From Blastocladiella emersonii ATCC 22665 (taxonomy: Eukaryota; Fungi; Blastocladiomycota), in the NCBI GenBank assembly GCA_025594325.1, contig JANHCV010000004.1, forward strand, positions 1,302,001 to 1,366,000: 64,000 bases of DNA, written 5' to 3'. Position 1 is the first letter of the stretch. Each line of letters opens with the position of its first letter. The notes under the pieces were generated by a model. That model did not search any database. It saw only the letters and a list, made by a program, of their open reading frames with translations, and was not told the origin of the DNA. The position numbers and the translations under genes are program-made. Below, piece after piece: positions 37,718-49,957 of the stretch.

Positions 37718-37819
37718 GGCGGGCGGGCGGGCGTATGGTCGTGTCCGTGGTCCGGTCCTCCCTCCCTCCCTTCCTTCCTTCCCCGCTGTTGTTTGTTTCT
37801 TCCTCTCTCTCCTCACTCG

Positions 37820-37990
37820 TCCTACCTGGGGGAACTGTCTTGGGGGTGCACCTCTCGGGGTGTGTGTCCGACGGAACCCTCACATGTCTTGTAATGTGGC
37901 CATGTCGAAAGTGACAGCCCGGATACACATCAGCTGATCGTGGTGCTGATCGTCCCTTGAAGGGACTCCCTTCTCCTTCACCTCCGCAAA
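37820..37990 (+). ncRNA. Candidate omegaRNA of Fanzor A
   Basis: An 11-bp stem (37860-37870 with 37920-37930, two G-U pairs) encloses hairpins CACAT/ATGTG and TGTC-GAAAGT-GACA. It is followed by ATCAGC/GCTGAT and GTCCCTT/AAGGGAC hairpins. The position 3' of the Fanzor ORF is where omegaRNAs lie. Confidence 0.5.
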
Positions 37991-38051
37991 CCCTTCCTCT
38001 CCTGTCTCGGCTCCCCGTCACATAACGCAACGCAACGCAACGCAACACACC

Positions 38052-38679
38052 ATGCAAAACGACCAGCTGCAGTCGAGCCTGTACCAGCGCGCGGCGCTGC
38101 CCGCGGGGCCCGCGTCCATCACCTCCGACGACAAGGGCACCAACGTGTTCCGCGTGTACTGTCCGAACCCCAAGTGCCGCTGCCTGCTCCTGCGCGAGAA
38201 CCTGGGCACGGTTGTCAAGCGCACGCCCAAGGTTTGTCTGATTGACCGCACCCGCGCTTGCGGCGCTCGTCCCTGATCTCTGCTCTATGTCTAGTACGCG
38301 CTCCCGCGCCTTGTCGCATCCGAGGCGTCCGACGAGGACAACGATGGCGAGGTCGAGACCGAGTACTTTGAGGTCCGCGACATGATGCAGTTTGAGAACA
38401 TTGGCTTCACCAAGACGCTCAACGGCGCCGTCAAGTTCCTGACTTGCGCGGGTACGCACGCCACCACCGCCTCCCTCGGTGCGCCACCCAAACACCCTCC
38501 ACTCACTCACACCCTCCTCGTCCAATGTAGACTGCGACCTCGGCCCGCTCGGGTTCCAGGAGGTCGGTGCCAACGCGTACACGGGCTGCTTCCTGCACGC
38601 GAGCCGCGTGCGGTACCTCGTACCGGCGCCCGCGACTGCGACCACGGCCGAGACGCCCGCCGCTGCTGCTCAGGAGTAG
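38052..38679 (+). CDS. MSS4: Mss4/RABIF/Dss4 Rab guanine-nucleotide release factor (3 exons)
   Basis: YCPNPKCRCLLL, DMMQFENIGFTK, KFLTCA|DCDLGPLGF. Confidence 0.88.
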
Positions 38680-38734
38680 GATGGAGAGAGGTGAAAACAG
38701 TATAACTACATATTATCTAGAGACTCGAACGGGA

Positions 38735-41700
38735 TCAAAACTTGAGCGGCGCCTTGATCGGCGGCCACTGCTTGCGCAGGGCGTCGACGGCCTCGGGCTT
38801 GACCCACAGGAGAACCGCCTCGAGGAGGAACTTGGGATTGGCCTTCCACGCGGCGAGGAGCTGGGCCTTGGTCGTCACGTTCTTGCCGACGAGCTGCTGC
38901 GTGAGCTCAACGACCTTGCGCTGGCCGCGGTACGTGTCCTTGCTCATGGCCGACGGCGAGGTCGCGAGGACGGCGGCGAGCGGCTTGAACGTGGCGAGGA
39001 CCGCGCCCTCGAGGAGGAACCGGCCGAACCAGCTGTGGACCGCGGGCGCCTTGGTGAGCGGGAGCATCGTGGTCGGCAGCTCCCACGCGTGCGGGCCGAT
39101 GGTCGGCACCACGTGCGCCAGGATCGTGTCGGTCTTGGCGACGTACGTCGGCGGCGGCACCTCGAGCGGTTTCCCAAAGTGGCACAGGGGCTTCCCAATG
39201 GACCCGACCCACGCGAGGTCGACCTCGGTCGCGCACCGCATCCACACGTTGGCGGACCCCTGCTGCAGCTGGCTGAAGACGAGCGCCGTGGGCCGGTGCG
39301 CGTGCAGGACCGAGGTGCGCTCGATGCACGCGGGCTGGTCGTTGAGCATCGTCTGGTAGTAGAACCGCTTGGACCCGTTGCCGTACACAGTGGGCGGGTT
39401 TGGGTGCGGGATCGCGAGGTGGTCGACGAACCCGGCGAGGATGAGCTGGCGCAGCAGCGTCATCTGGTCCTCGGACGGCGGGCTCATGCGCGGGTTCATG
39501 GTCACCTGCAGGCCCGGGTTGATGGTCTGCACCATGGCCGTCAGCTGCTTGCGCAGGGCGCGGATCTCGACCATGGCCTTGAGCCGCAGCAGGTGCGCCT
39601 GGCAGAACCGCGGGGTCCCGCCCGCGTACTCGAACGCGCCCACGAGGTTGAGCAGGTACAGCGCGTCGCTGGTCCGCTTGACGCCCGCGAACTTGGCCAT
39701 GACCTTGTCGAACGGCGTCGCCTTGACATCGGCCGCGTGCTCCTCGTCCTCCTCCTCCGACTCCGAGTCGCCGCCCTTCTTGCCCGTGGCGCGGGACATC
39801 TCGTTCTGCGACACAAACACCTCGCCGACCGAGAGCGCGGCGACCATGGCGATGGCGTACTCGATGAGCCCCTGCTGCATCCCCAGCAGCAGCATCTTGG
39901 CGTAGCGCGGGTGGATGGGTAGCTGCGACATCTTGACGCCGACGGGGGTGATCTTGCCGCGGTCGTCGACGGCGCCGAGCGACGCGAGCAGCTTCTCGGC
40001 CTTGGCGAGGTCGCCGCGGTTGGGCGGCGTCGGGAACGGGAAGTTGATGACGTTGTCGATGTTCATGGCCTTGAGCTGGAGCACGACGCCCTCGATGGGC
40101 ATGCGCAGCACCTCGGGCTCCGAGAACTGCACAAACTGGTGCTCGTACACGGCCGACGAGAAGAGCCGGTAGCAGTGACCGGGGCCCGTACGACCGGCGC
40201 GACCCGCGCGCTGGTCGGCCGACGCCTTGGACGTCCAGTTGACGACAAAGTTCTGGATCGACGTGTCGGCGTCGTACACCTTCTCCTTGACCTTGCCGCA
40301 GTCGACCACGTAGCGGATCCCCGGGATCGTGAGCGACGTTTCGGCGACGTTGGTCGCCACGACGCACAGCCGGTGGCCCTCTGGGACCGCGTCGAACACG
40401 CGCATCTGCTGGTCCGTCGACAGCAGCGAGTACAGCGGCAGCACGTGCAGGGGCTGCTTGGCCGCCTCGTCGTCGTCGTCCTCGGCCTCGTCGAAATCGT
40501 CGCGCGATGTCGGGTCGTAGTCCTCGTCGAGGTCCGCGTCCTGGCCGTCGTCCTCGTCGTCGGACAGCAGAAACTCTTCCTCGTCGTCCTCCGTCGCGGC
40601 AGCAGCGCCGGCGCCAGCAGCGGCGGTCGGGGCGGCGGCCGGGAGCGTGCCCTCGGCGGGCTGCAGGGTGACCGTGGTCCCAACCTTCTCGGACCGCTCC
40701 GCGGCCCGGGCCGCCGTCGAGACGGTGGCGCCGTTGACCATGCCCGTGTCGACCTCGGCGAGGCGCTCCTCGACGGTGGCCTCGGTGTCGATCTCGGGCC
40801 TGGCCGACTTGCGCGCCGCCGCCGCCGCGGGGGCGGGAGCAGCGCGGCTCTTGCCCTTCTTACCGCTCGTCGCGACAGCAGCAGGTGCGGGAGCAGCTGC
40901 GGCGTCGAGGGGCGACGGGTACTTTTTCCGGAGACGGTTGACGACGTCGTAGATCTCGTTCTGGCCGGTCATGAAGACGAGGATGCCGCCGGGCGGGAGG
41001 CGGGCGTGGATCTTGCACACCTTGCGGTACGCCTCGACGACGTGGTTCTGCGGGGTGCGGCGGTTGAAGTGGACCGTGACGGGGAACTGGCGGGCCTGGA
41101 CGTTGATGACGGGCGGGGGTGCCGGGAACAGGCGCGTGTTCATGGTGAAGTCCGAGACGCGGAGCGTGGCCGACATGATGATGAGCTTGAGCGGGGTGAC
41201 GCGGCGCTCGGTGAAGGTCTGGCCGAGGCGGTCGGCCGTGGCCTTCTTCTGGGTCCACTCGAGGTGCAGCTTCTGGCGCAGGTTGACGACGCGGCTGAGC
41301 ACACCGATCAAAATGTCCGTGTTGATGTTGCGCTCGTGGGCCTCGTCGACGATCATGACCGAGTACCGCGACAGGAGCAGGTCGGCCGACACCTCCTTGA
41401 GCAGGACACCGTCGGTCATGAAGTGGATGCGCGTGTCGCGGTTGGTGGTGCGCTCGAACCGGATCTGGTACGACACGTGGTCGGCCTTGTTGAGCTCGTG
41501 CCCGATGCGCTGCGCCATGGACACGGCCGCGACTCGCCGCGGCTGCGTGACGCCGATGAGCCCGGGGAAGTCCGAGGCCGGGTGCGAGAACCCGGCCTCG
41601 TACAGGAACTGCGGCACCTGCGTCGTCTTGCCCGACCCCGTCTCGCCACACAGCACCGTAACGGCGTGCGCGTTGATGGTCTCCATGACGCGGTCCTCCT

Positions 41701-42741
41701 CCTGCACGACGGGCAGCTTCATGCGCGACTCGACGACGGCGGGCTCGCGGTCGGGGATCACGTAGACCTTGGGCTTGGTCGACCCGCCCGTCGACACGAG
41801 GATGGGCTCCGAGTCGCTGTCCGAGTCGTCGATGCGGCGCGATGTGCGCGCCTTGGACGACACCTCCTCCTCGGCGCCGGCAGCAGCCTTGCCCTTCTTG
41901 CTGTTCTTCTTGCGCTTCTTGGACGGCGGCGCGTCCGCTGCAGCAGCGCCCGCAGACGACGAGGTCGCGGCGTCGGCGAGCGAGGTGGTCGAGTTGACGC
42001 CGGGTCCCGAGAAATCGACGACGGTGACGGCGGACGCGGTTCGCTTGAGCGTGGAGCCCATGGTGGCGGCGGGCCCGTCAACGGCCATGGCGTTGGGATC
42101 CTCGTCGACAAACTGCTGCGACTTGTTGGTCTTCTTGACGTAGAGGTCGTAGGACGGCGTGAGGCCCATCTTCTCCTCGGTCAGGGCGCGGGTGAGGACC
42201 TCCTTCTTGGTCTCTTTCTACACGGCGAGTCGGTGGGCGGGTGTGAGCGGGCTGTGCGCGAAGGGTTTGAGTATGCGGATCAGCGTACCGCTTGGCCGAG
42301 ACGCGCCGACGACTTGAGCAGCGAGTGGTTGAAGGACGACGTGGACAGCTTCTCGAGGAGCTCGCGGTGCTCCTCCTTTTTGCTCTTCTTGGCCTACGGA
42401 TCCCATCGCTGGTGTCAGTGGCGAGCCTTACGACGAGTGGGTCGCGAGTGACGTACGAGGAACTGCTCAAAGCGCTTCTTCTTGCGCTTGCTCATGACCT
42501 CGCCCTCGGGCTCGTCCTACATTCGCGATCAATCGGTCGATGGTGAGCATTCCATGGTACACGAATCGACGAGGCCAGCATTGTAGAGCCACACCTGCGC
42601 CTTGGCGGCGGCCTTGACGGCGGCGAGCTTGCTGGCATCGATGATCTCGGCGTTGGGGTCAAAGTCGGGGACGGCGGCGGCCGGGTCCACCTTTGGCTTG
42701 GTGCGGCCGCGCTCGTTGAAGCGGACGCGGTTCTTTCCCAT
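38735..42741 (-). CDS. DHR1: DEAH-box RNA helicase Dhr1/Ecm16/DHX37
   Basis: GETGSGKTTQVPQFLYEAGF, TQPRRVAAVSMA, DEAHER, MSATLRV, LVFMTGQNEI, ATNVAETSLTIPG, QRAGRAGRTGPGHCYRL; the first exon is MGKNRVRFNERGR. Confidence 0.95.
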
Positions 42742-42930
42742 GGTGGCGCAGATTACGCGTTGCTGGGGGTCAGATACATGGAATCGTTGCTCACCATGCG
42801 ACTCGCTCGAAACGCGTGGCTAGCCGCGACGGCGAGGAGCGTGGCGCGCGGCGCGACGTGCTCGATTCTGTGTACGCGACTCACGTGGAGTGGGCTGACG
42901 CGTCGCTCCCCGGCCGCTCGACCTCGAAAT

Positions 42931-45900
42931 CAGGGGACCTGCACTCGAGGACCGGTCACGTGACTACCCTAGTTGATTGCTGTGGCAGGCGCTCTGCTGC
43001 ACACGCGCGCCGCTGCTGCAGCCGTGGCCGCGGCCACCGTCGGCGATCACCTCGCGCATCCCGCCGGCTCGAACACACATATGATCAATGTAACGGAATG
43101 TATTAAAAGTTTCCGATGAGCGCGACCGCGACCGCGACCAGCGCGTGCGCGCAATCCCGCCGCGTCCCAACCCGCTAGTAGCGCGCGTTGACGATGGCCT
43201 TGGCGTTGGTGGGTTCGGCGGTGCGGGTCTTGAGCAGCGCCGTGTCGTGGAACGTGAAGAGGACGGCGAATCGGTGGCGGTCGACGATGGTCGCACAGGC
43301 GCAGCTGAGCCTTTGCTCGCGGAACACGTCGGCCTGGACCGTGCGCGTGCGTGGGCGCGGGCGTCGAGCTCGAGCTTGCGCGCGTGGGCGGGGTCGTTGA
43401 GGAGCGTACCCGACGCTCGGGGCGGCGGTGACTGGATCGGCGTGGGGGTAACCGGGTCGGCGCGAGGTCGGCGCTCCACTCGGGGTGCGTCTCGGTGTGC
43501 CGTGATGGCGCCCGTGCGCTGCTTGGCGAGGAGGTCAAAGGACCCGAGCTCACGCCACGCCTGGTACGCGCTGAGCCGCGTCGGGGGGTGTCGGAACGCT
43601 CCCGCTGCTGCTGCCGTGAACGGACGCCGCGTGGTAGACGGCGAGCACGCGGACCTCGTGCTGCAGCGCGAGGTGTCGCGGGTCCTGGACCGTGTCGGCA
43701 CCGCCGCCGCCCACCGGCTGCTGCTGCTGGAACAGGTGCGACGCGCCGAGCGCCTAGTCGACGCCCTCGTTGCGCAGGCGGCGGTACACGTCGAGGTACA
43801 CGTCGAGGAACACGTCGAGGAACACGTCGAGGAAGAGCTGTCCGAGGTCCAAGGTCGACCGGCGCGGGCGGCAGGGTGGGCCGACGCCTCGAGGTCGTAC
43901 GGCGCGGGCTCGGCGCGCCCAATGCACTCGGCGTGGCGCGGCGGCTGCTCTTTTCGGCGAACTTGGCGCGCTCCTGGCGTCGAAGATGACGAGCGCGAAC
44001 GACTGCATCACGAGGTCGCCGCCGGCCACGTGCTACAGGACGTGAATGAACTCGGACACGACCGAGTCGAGCGCAGGGCTCGCGACAAGGCACAGGTGTA
44101 GGACGATGAAGGGGAGCGCAACGGTGGCGACCTCGTGGTGCTGGGTCTGCGCGAGCAGCGGGTGCAGGGCGCGGAAGACGGCGATGAGCGCCGAGTCGGC
44201 GCAGTGGGCGGCGAGGCGGAGGCAGAAGTGGCACGCCCACACGGCGAAGGGCACGGCGCCGGGCTGGAACACGGCGGCGGCCGCGTCGGCCTCGGCCACG
44301 AGCATGGGCTCGTCGACGCGGTACTTGCTGTCCTGCAGGTGCCGCACCGTCGACCAGTCAAAGCCGTCGAGCGCGTCGAGGCACGTCTTGCGGTGCAGCT
44401 TGAGCAGCCGCTGGATCGCGTGCGCGACGATGGTCTGCGCGAAATGGAACGCGCCGGACCGGAGGAAGGGGATCAGACACGACTTGAGCACCTCGGCGCA
44501 CAGCACGGGGATCTCCTGGTGCGCGACGACGCCCGTCTTGAGCCCGCCGTCCTTGTCGGAGACGGTGGCCTCGCCGCGCATCGCGGCGGCCGCGGCGCCC
44601 AAAAATCGCCGAAATCGACGGCCCCGAGCTGCCCACGACACACGGTCGCGCGTACGGCGGGCGTCGGGTGGTACTCGGCGACGTTGACGAGAGCGTCGAC
44701 CACGACGTGCAGGTTGCGGACCATGGCGTCGGCCGACGACGCGTGGATCTGCGTGAGTAGCGCGAGGGCTTCGTCGAGCGAGGCCTCGGCGACGACGAGG
44801 TCGGGCGACACGATGCGCGCACACACGCGGGCGAGGCGGTCCTGCAGCGAGGGCGTCGCCGATTTCGCCGCGTCGATGCGCGCCTGGAGCGGCGCGAGGA
44901 CCGGGTGCGCGTGCAGGTCGGGCGCGTCCTCGAGGACCTCGGGCGTGGCGCGCGAGAAGAGGAGGTCGAGCAGCGCCGTTGTCGGTGTACCGACATCGAG
45001 GATGGCGGGTGTGCGCGCAGCGGAGAGGAGGATCGACGGCCAGAATTGGGCGAGCGTCTTGTCGCCGGCGACGCGCGCGAGGCTGGTCCAGCACTGCACG
45101 GTCTCGGCGGGGAACTCGGCCGCGTCGTTGGCGATGAGCGAGACGGCCTGCGATGCCAGGTCGGCGACCTCGCTGCCGGCGCAGGGCACGAGCCAGTCGA
45201 GCGTCGCGAGGGCGTCGGCCGGGAACGGGCGCGACGGGCCCCACCCACCGGTCGTGCTACAGGGCCTCGCTGAGGTGCGCGATGAGCAAAAAGTCGGTGA
45301 CCGTGACAGGCTTGCTCGACACGCGCTGCGCCCACAGGAGGCCCTCGGTGTGGCGGTGCAGGCACAGCTCGACGGCGAGGTTGAGCGAGGTGCGCTCCTT
45401 GGCGGCGGCGCCCGGGATCGACTGCAGCAGCGCGCGGATCGGGTCCTCCCACGGGCCGGGCTGCTCGAGCAGGACGGCGGGTGGCGCATGGCGGCGAGGA
45501 GATGTTTGCGGAGCGCGTGCGTCAGGGTCGCGGCGGGAAGGCAAGAAGCCCGGGGAGCCTCAGCAGAGGGACAGCCGGTGCAGTTTGAGCCAGCGACAGC
45601 AGTCGCAGATGCCGCTGAACGGGATGGCGACGAGGACCGACGGGTTGGCCATGGTGAAGGTGCGGCAGAACTCGGCCAGCGAGGTCAGCACCGGTGCCGT
45701 AGAATGGCCGTCGAGCAGCAGGTCGGCCCAACCTCAGTCGGTCACGGTGACGGGAAGAGTAGCCGTGCCCTCGCCGGCTATGGCAGCGACCAACGGGTGG
45801 GCGGAAGCGCGAGGAGTCGCGCCAGGCGGTTGGGCGCAGGATCAGCGAGGCGGTGGCCGGCGGGCGAGTTGCCGTGACTCAGATACATGTTTGGTAGCAT

Positions 45901-46073
45901 TTGGGGAATTGTTGGAGTGGGCAAACGAGCGAGTGGGGAGAGGAGCGGTCGCCTACCCGCTCGCCGACGGTGGCCGCGGGCGCCCTTGCAGCGGCGCGCG
46001 TGTGTTGGAGAGCGCCTGCCACAGCAATCAACTAGGGTAATCACGTGGCCCGTCCTCGAGTGCGGGTCCCCTG
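42931..46073. mobile_element. Pack-MULE-like non-autonomous Mutator element carrying an ATR/Mec1 fragment
   Basis: Inverted repeats at 42931-43046 and 45961-46073 start CAGGGGAC and share the core TACCCTAGTTGATTGCTGTGGCAGGCGCTCT. An identical 9-bp TSD, CCTCGAAAT, sits at 42922-42930 and 46074-46082. No transposase is visible inside. Confidence 0.85.
43090..45780 (-). pseudogene. Captured fragment of ATR/Mec1 kinase (UME domain to start of FAT domain; no kinase domain)
   Basis: UME-like WTSLARVAGDKTLAQFWP...ALLDLLF...PDLHAHPVL; RGQLGAVD (compare CLGxLGAID); AHAIQRLLK; DSKY; W..HF...ALPFIVL; AYQAWRELGSFD. It contains stops and frameshifts. Confidence 0.7.
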
Positions 46074-46186
46074 CCTCGAAATGGGCAGGGACGCTGAGCT
46101 GAGCGATCGACTGCTTCCCCTCCCCCCCTCCCTCACATAAACCAACCACGAATCTGCAACGCAATCGACCCCCCGCACGCACCGCC

Positions 46187-46739
46187 ATGTCCGCGCTACA
46201 GAACGAGAACCCGACCATCTACGAGCTGTCGAGCCACGGTCCGCGGGCGCCGCGCGCGCACGAGGAGGACGAGAGCGCGGCGGACCCGTTCGACGCCGAG
46301 GAGATCTTTGACCTGATCCGCAACATCAACGACCCGGAGCACCCGCTGACGCTCGAGCAGCTCAACGTGACGCAGCAGCGGCTGATCGACGTGGACGATG
46401 CGACGGGCACCATCACGGTGCGGTTCACGCCGACGATCCCGCACTGCTCCATGGCCACCCTCATCGGCCTGTGCATCCGCGTGCGCCTGCTCCGCGCGCT
46501 CCCCGCACGGTTCAAGGTCCGTGTCCTTGTCACTGAGGGCACGCATAACTCGGAGGTCGCCGGTACGTGTTTGGCAGTGGTGTGGCAGCGCGCCGATGGT
46601 GCGAGGCTGACGCTGCGTGCGCCTGTGCGTAGTCAACAAGCAGCTCAACGACAAGGAGCGCGTGGCCGCGGCGCTCGAGAACTCGGCGCTGTCGGGCGTC
46701 GTCAACCAGTGCCTCGCGTCGGCCATTCTGACGACGTAG
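46187..46739 (+). CDS. CIA2: Cytosolic Fe-S assembly factor CIA2/MIP18/FAM96B (2 exons)
   Basis: [53 protein letters not shown]|[17 protein letters not shown]. Confidence 0.95.
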
Positions 46740-46854
46740 AGACGAGCTGTGAGACGCCGCACATTTGTATATACACTCACTCGATCATCATCTTCGTCAT
46801 CATCACGACAATCGCCCTCCGGCGCGCGCCCCACGATGCGCGCGACTCATTGAC

Positions 46855-47400
46855 CTAGATGCCGAGCTCGGACCCGGGCGCCGACATGATGCGCGGGTCG
46901 CCGCCGCTCTCATCGCCGCCGGGCAGCGGGTCCGTCTGGCTGTGGTGGTCCGACCGCCCGCCGCCGCGCCCGCGGCCCGCGTCGTCCTGGATCTGGGCCT
47001 TGGCGGCAAACTCGTCGCCGAGCTGGGCCACGTTACGCGTCTCGCCGCCCGTGTCGCGGGCCGCCTGCGCCGCCGAGCGGTCACCGAGGTCGCACACGAG
47101 GTGGCCGGGCGACGACGCGTGCGGGTCCATGGCCTCGGCGTGCGGGACTTGGCCGTGGCGTTGCGGGCCGCCGACCGACTCGCCGGCGCCAGCGCCGCCA
47201 CGGGCACCGCCGCCTTGCGGGAGCTGCTGCGCCGAGCGCACGTTGGCGTCGAGCTGGTCGAGCGGGAACATCGGCGGCAGCGGCATGGTCTCGACGGCGG
47301 CCCACGGGCGGCCGAGCGCGTGGATGTGGCAGTGCGTGCCCGTCGGCGGCTGGCCCGAGCCGGGCACCGTGTCGTCGTCGCGCGTGTGGTGCGGGTCCAT
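46855..47400 (-). CDS. Hypothetical small hydrophilic protein
   Basis: 181-aa ATG-started ORF with host-like codon use, located between CIA2 and POC5. Confidence 0.5.
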   Translation of the reverse strand: MDPHHTRDDDTVPGSGQPPTGTHCHIHALGRPWAAVETMPLPPMFPLDQLDANVRSAQQLPQGGGARGGAGAGESVGGPQRHGQVPHAEAMDPHASSPGHLVCDLGDRSAAQAARDTGGETRNVAQLGDEFAAKAQIQDDAGRGRGGGRSDHHSQTDPLPGGDESGGDPRIMSAPGSELGI

Positions 47401-47705
47401 GGTGGTGGTTGATGGATGGGTTTGAGCTTGATACGTCTTGGATAGCCGAGGGGAGAGCGGACCGGGGGCGGGGACGTGGCCCGCTCATCTAGGTCCAGGC
47501 AAGCAACGAAAGCGGGCGGGCGGACAGGCGGGCGCACAGGCGCGAGAAAGTGCTGCTGCGCAACCGATGAGCGACGCGATGCGCGTTGGGCGGCCGTCGG
47601 TGGCGCAACGCGCACACGCGGTCCAGCCCGACGCGTCCACCAACGCGTTTTCTGACCGGCCGACCGCCTCTTCTCGTCGTGTCTGGGTGAGCAAGTAGTA
47701 GAGTT

Positions 47706-49259
47706 TTATTCGCTACGCTCCGATCGGCCCAACCGGCCCTTCCCGCCCAGCACCGACGTGGACCCGGCGGGCCGCGGGTGCCGCGTCACGTACACGGCGG
47801 TCGTGATCCCGCGCGCCGCGGCCTGGCCCGGGAGTACCCCGGTCGCCGCGTACTTGATGGACCGGGGCGCTGGGCCCGGCGCGACTTGCTGGTCCCCGCT
47901 GCGCGGCTTGATGGTCGGGTCGTGCACGACGCGGGGCGGTGGGGTCGGTGGCGGAGCACTGGAACGGGTTGGCGCGGTCCGCGAAGAAGTGTACAGCGAG
48001 GCCGTCGACGGTGCGTGGCCGCTGCCGTTGCCCTTGAGGGAGCGCATCGAGGCGGCGAGGCTCGAGTCGCGCGGCGCAGGATCGAGGGCCGAGACGGAGA
48101 GCCGGCCGTGCGGATCGTCCTCGTCGTGGTGGTGCGGGTGGCACGTCGCGAGTCCGCCGGGCCGCGCCATGACGGGCGGGCCGACGGATACGTGTGCGTA
48201 GCTCTCGCCGTGGCCGAGATGAACGCCGCCCATGGACGCGGCCATGCTCGCGGGGGTTGGGGCCGACGGGTCGGCGTAGCGCGATCCCCTACACTCCGAG
48301 TGTGAGTCCACAGTCGCGCACCGCTGCGGTGCGATGACGACGTACGAGTGGTTGAGAGCCGACATGGTCTCCATGTTGAGCGCGCTGAGCCCGCGCATGA
48401 AGGCGGACCGGAGATCGTGCTCCTGGGCCTGGCGCAGGGCCTCGGTCTCCTGGTGCAGCCGGACCTGCTCGGCCAGCTCGGCCGTCAGCTCGTCGATCTT
48501 GCGCTCGTACTCGGCCTTGGCCGCGTCGATAGTCTCCTGCGCCTTGGCCTAGCGGGGGGTTACGATCGGTTAGCATCGCACGCCAACCGGCAGCGAGCGG
48601 TCGGAGCGTACCGCGGCCTTGCGCTCGCACATCCGCTTCCACGACCCGCGGACCGCAACCGCCCACGCCGCCATCGCCTTGCGCAACCTCGCGCGCGCGG
48701 CGTGCGTGGTGGCGACGTGGTGCTTGAACGCCTCGCCGTGCGCGTCGAACGTCTTCCGTCGCCACGCGAGGAACAGCTGTGCGCGGGTGCGGGCGAGCGC
48801 GCGGAGGCGGAACTGGCGGGCGAGGGCGCCGAGCGCGTGCAGGCGCCACTTGGACGTGGCCTCGAACTGCGCCGCGTCGGCCTGCAGGTCCTTGATCGCG
48901 GTCTCGACGGCCGTCAGGCTCGCCGTGTGCGCGGCGCGCTCGCGGTCGAGCGTCGCGCGGTGCGCGCGGTCCAGGTCCCTCTTCAGCAGCAGGTAGTCGG
49001 CCGCGAACGAGGTCTGTAGCGACACGAGCCACTTTTCGAGGTACGGCGGCGTGCTGGCGAGGCCCACGAGGGACTGCGAGATGGACGCGGTAGCCGAGTG
49101 CGGCGCGGGGTCCTCGGCGGATGCAAGGGATGCACGGGACGCCGAGGCGGAGGCGGAGCCCGCGGCGCTGAGCAGCTCGCCCGATTCATGGTGGTGGTGG
49201 CTGCCGGTGGCCACCGACGACGATGAGCTCGCGTCAATCGAGGCGGTAGAGATATCCAT
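47706..49259 (-). CDS. POC5: Centriolar protein POC5 (2 exons)
   Basis: Coiled coil with FLAWRR and MAAWAV motifs and the conserved AFMRGLSALNMETM; intron about 48610-48550. Confidence 0.8.
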
Positions 49260-49957
49260 GGCAGGTCTAGTGCGATGTGTGCGCGAGCAGAAGAGGGCGG
49301 GTGTGGCTCGGCCCTTCGCGCAGCGGACGGCGATCGCCCTCGGCGGTTGCGACGCGTCTCGCGCCGCTCACGGGACTCTGGTGCGAGACGCGTCGCGGGC
49401 GCGCACGCGCGAGTTCCCACCGACATCGCTGCGCTGCTTGAGGTCCTTCTTGTTGCCCTCAGAACCCTTGTCAGATGATGCGCAGGAGCACACGCGGGCC
49501 GGGTCCCCGGCTTCGCTCGCTTCGCTTGTGTTCGCGCCCCGCGGCCCGGCCGCGAATTCGCACTGCGCACGGCACGGCGATCCGCACTCTCCCCCCTCGC
49601 CCGTCGCGCCCTCCCACCGCCCGCGCTACGCCAGCGAATGAAGACTTGCCTTGTTTGGCACTAAGCGCACACGCACCACCATCTTCGCGCCGCCGGCGCC
49701 ACCACAACCACCACACCGGCCGTCCCGTGCGTGATAGAGTTTGCGATCGGAGGGCTCCGCAACGCGTCTAACCTCCTCCTCGACCGCGCCGACTCGGTGC
49801 AACGCGACCTGCTGCAGCGTCGTTTCAGGCTGCTCCGGCCCTCCGACGTTCCGCCTCGTCGGAAACTTTGCCGGTGCTGTGCCCTCGCTCGGCTTCCGGC
49901 CCGCCCTGCCCTTTCGCTCTCCCCACGCACGCACCCCCGCATCTCGATCCGATCCGC

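Noticed and set aside
43784-43834. 12-bp tandem repeat (4 copies; F/YLDV peptide) inside the ATR fragment
   Set aside because: It is a simple slippage expansion in a decaying sequence.
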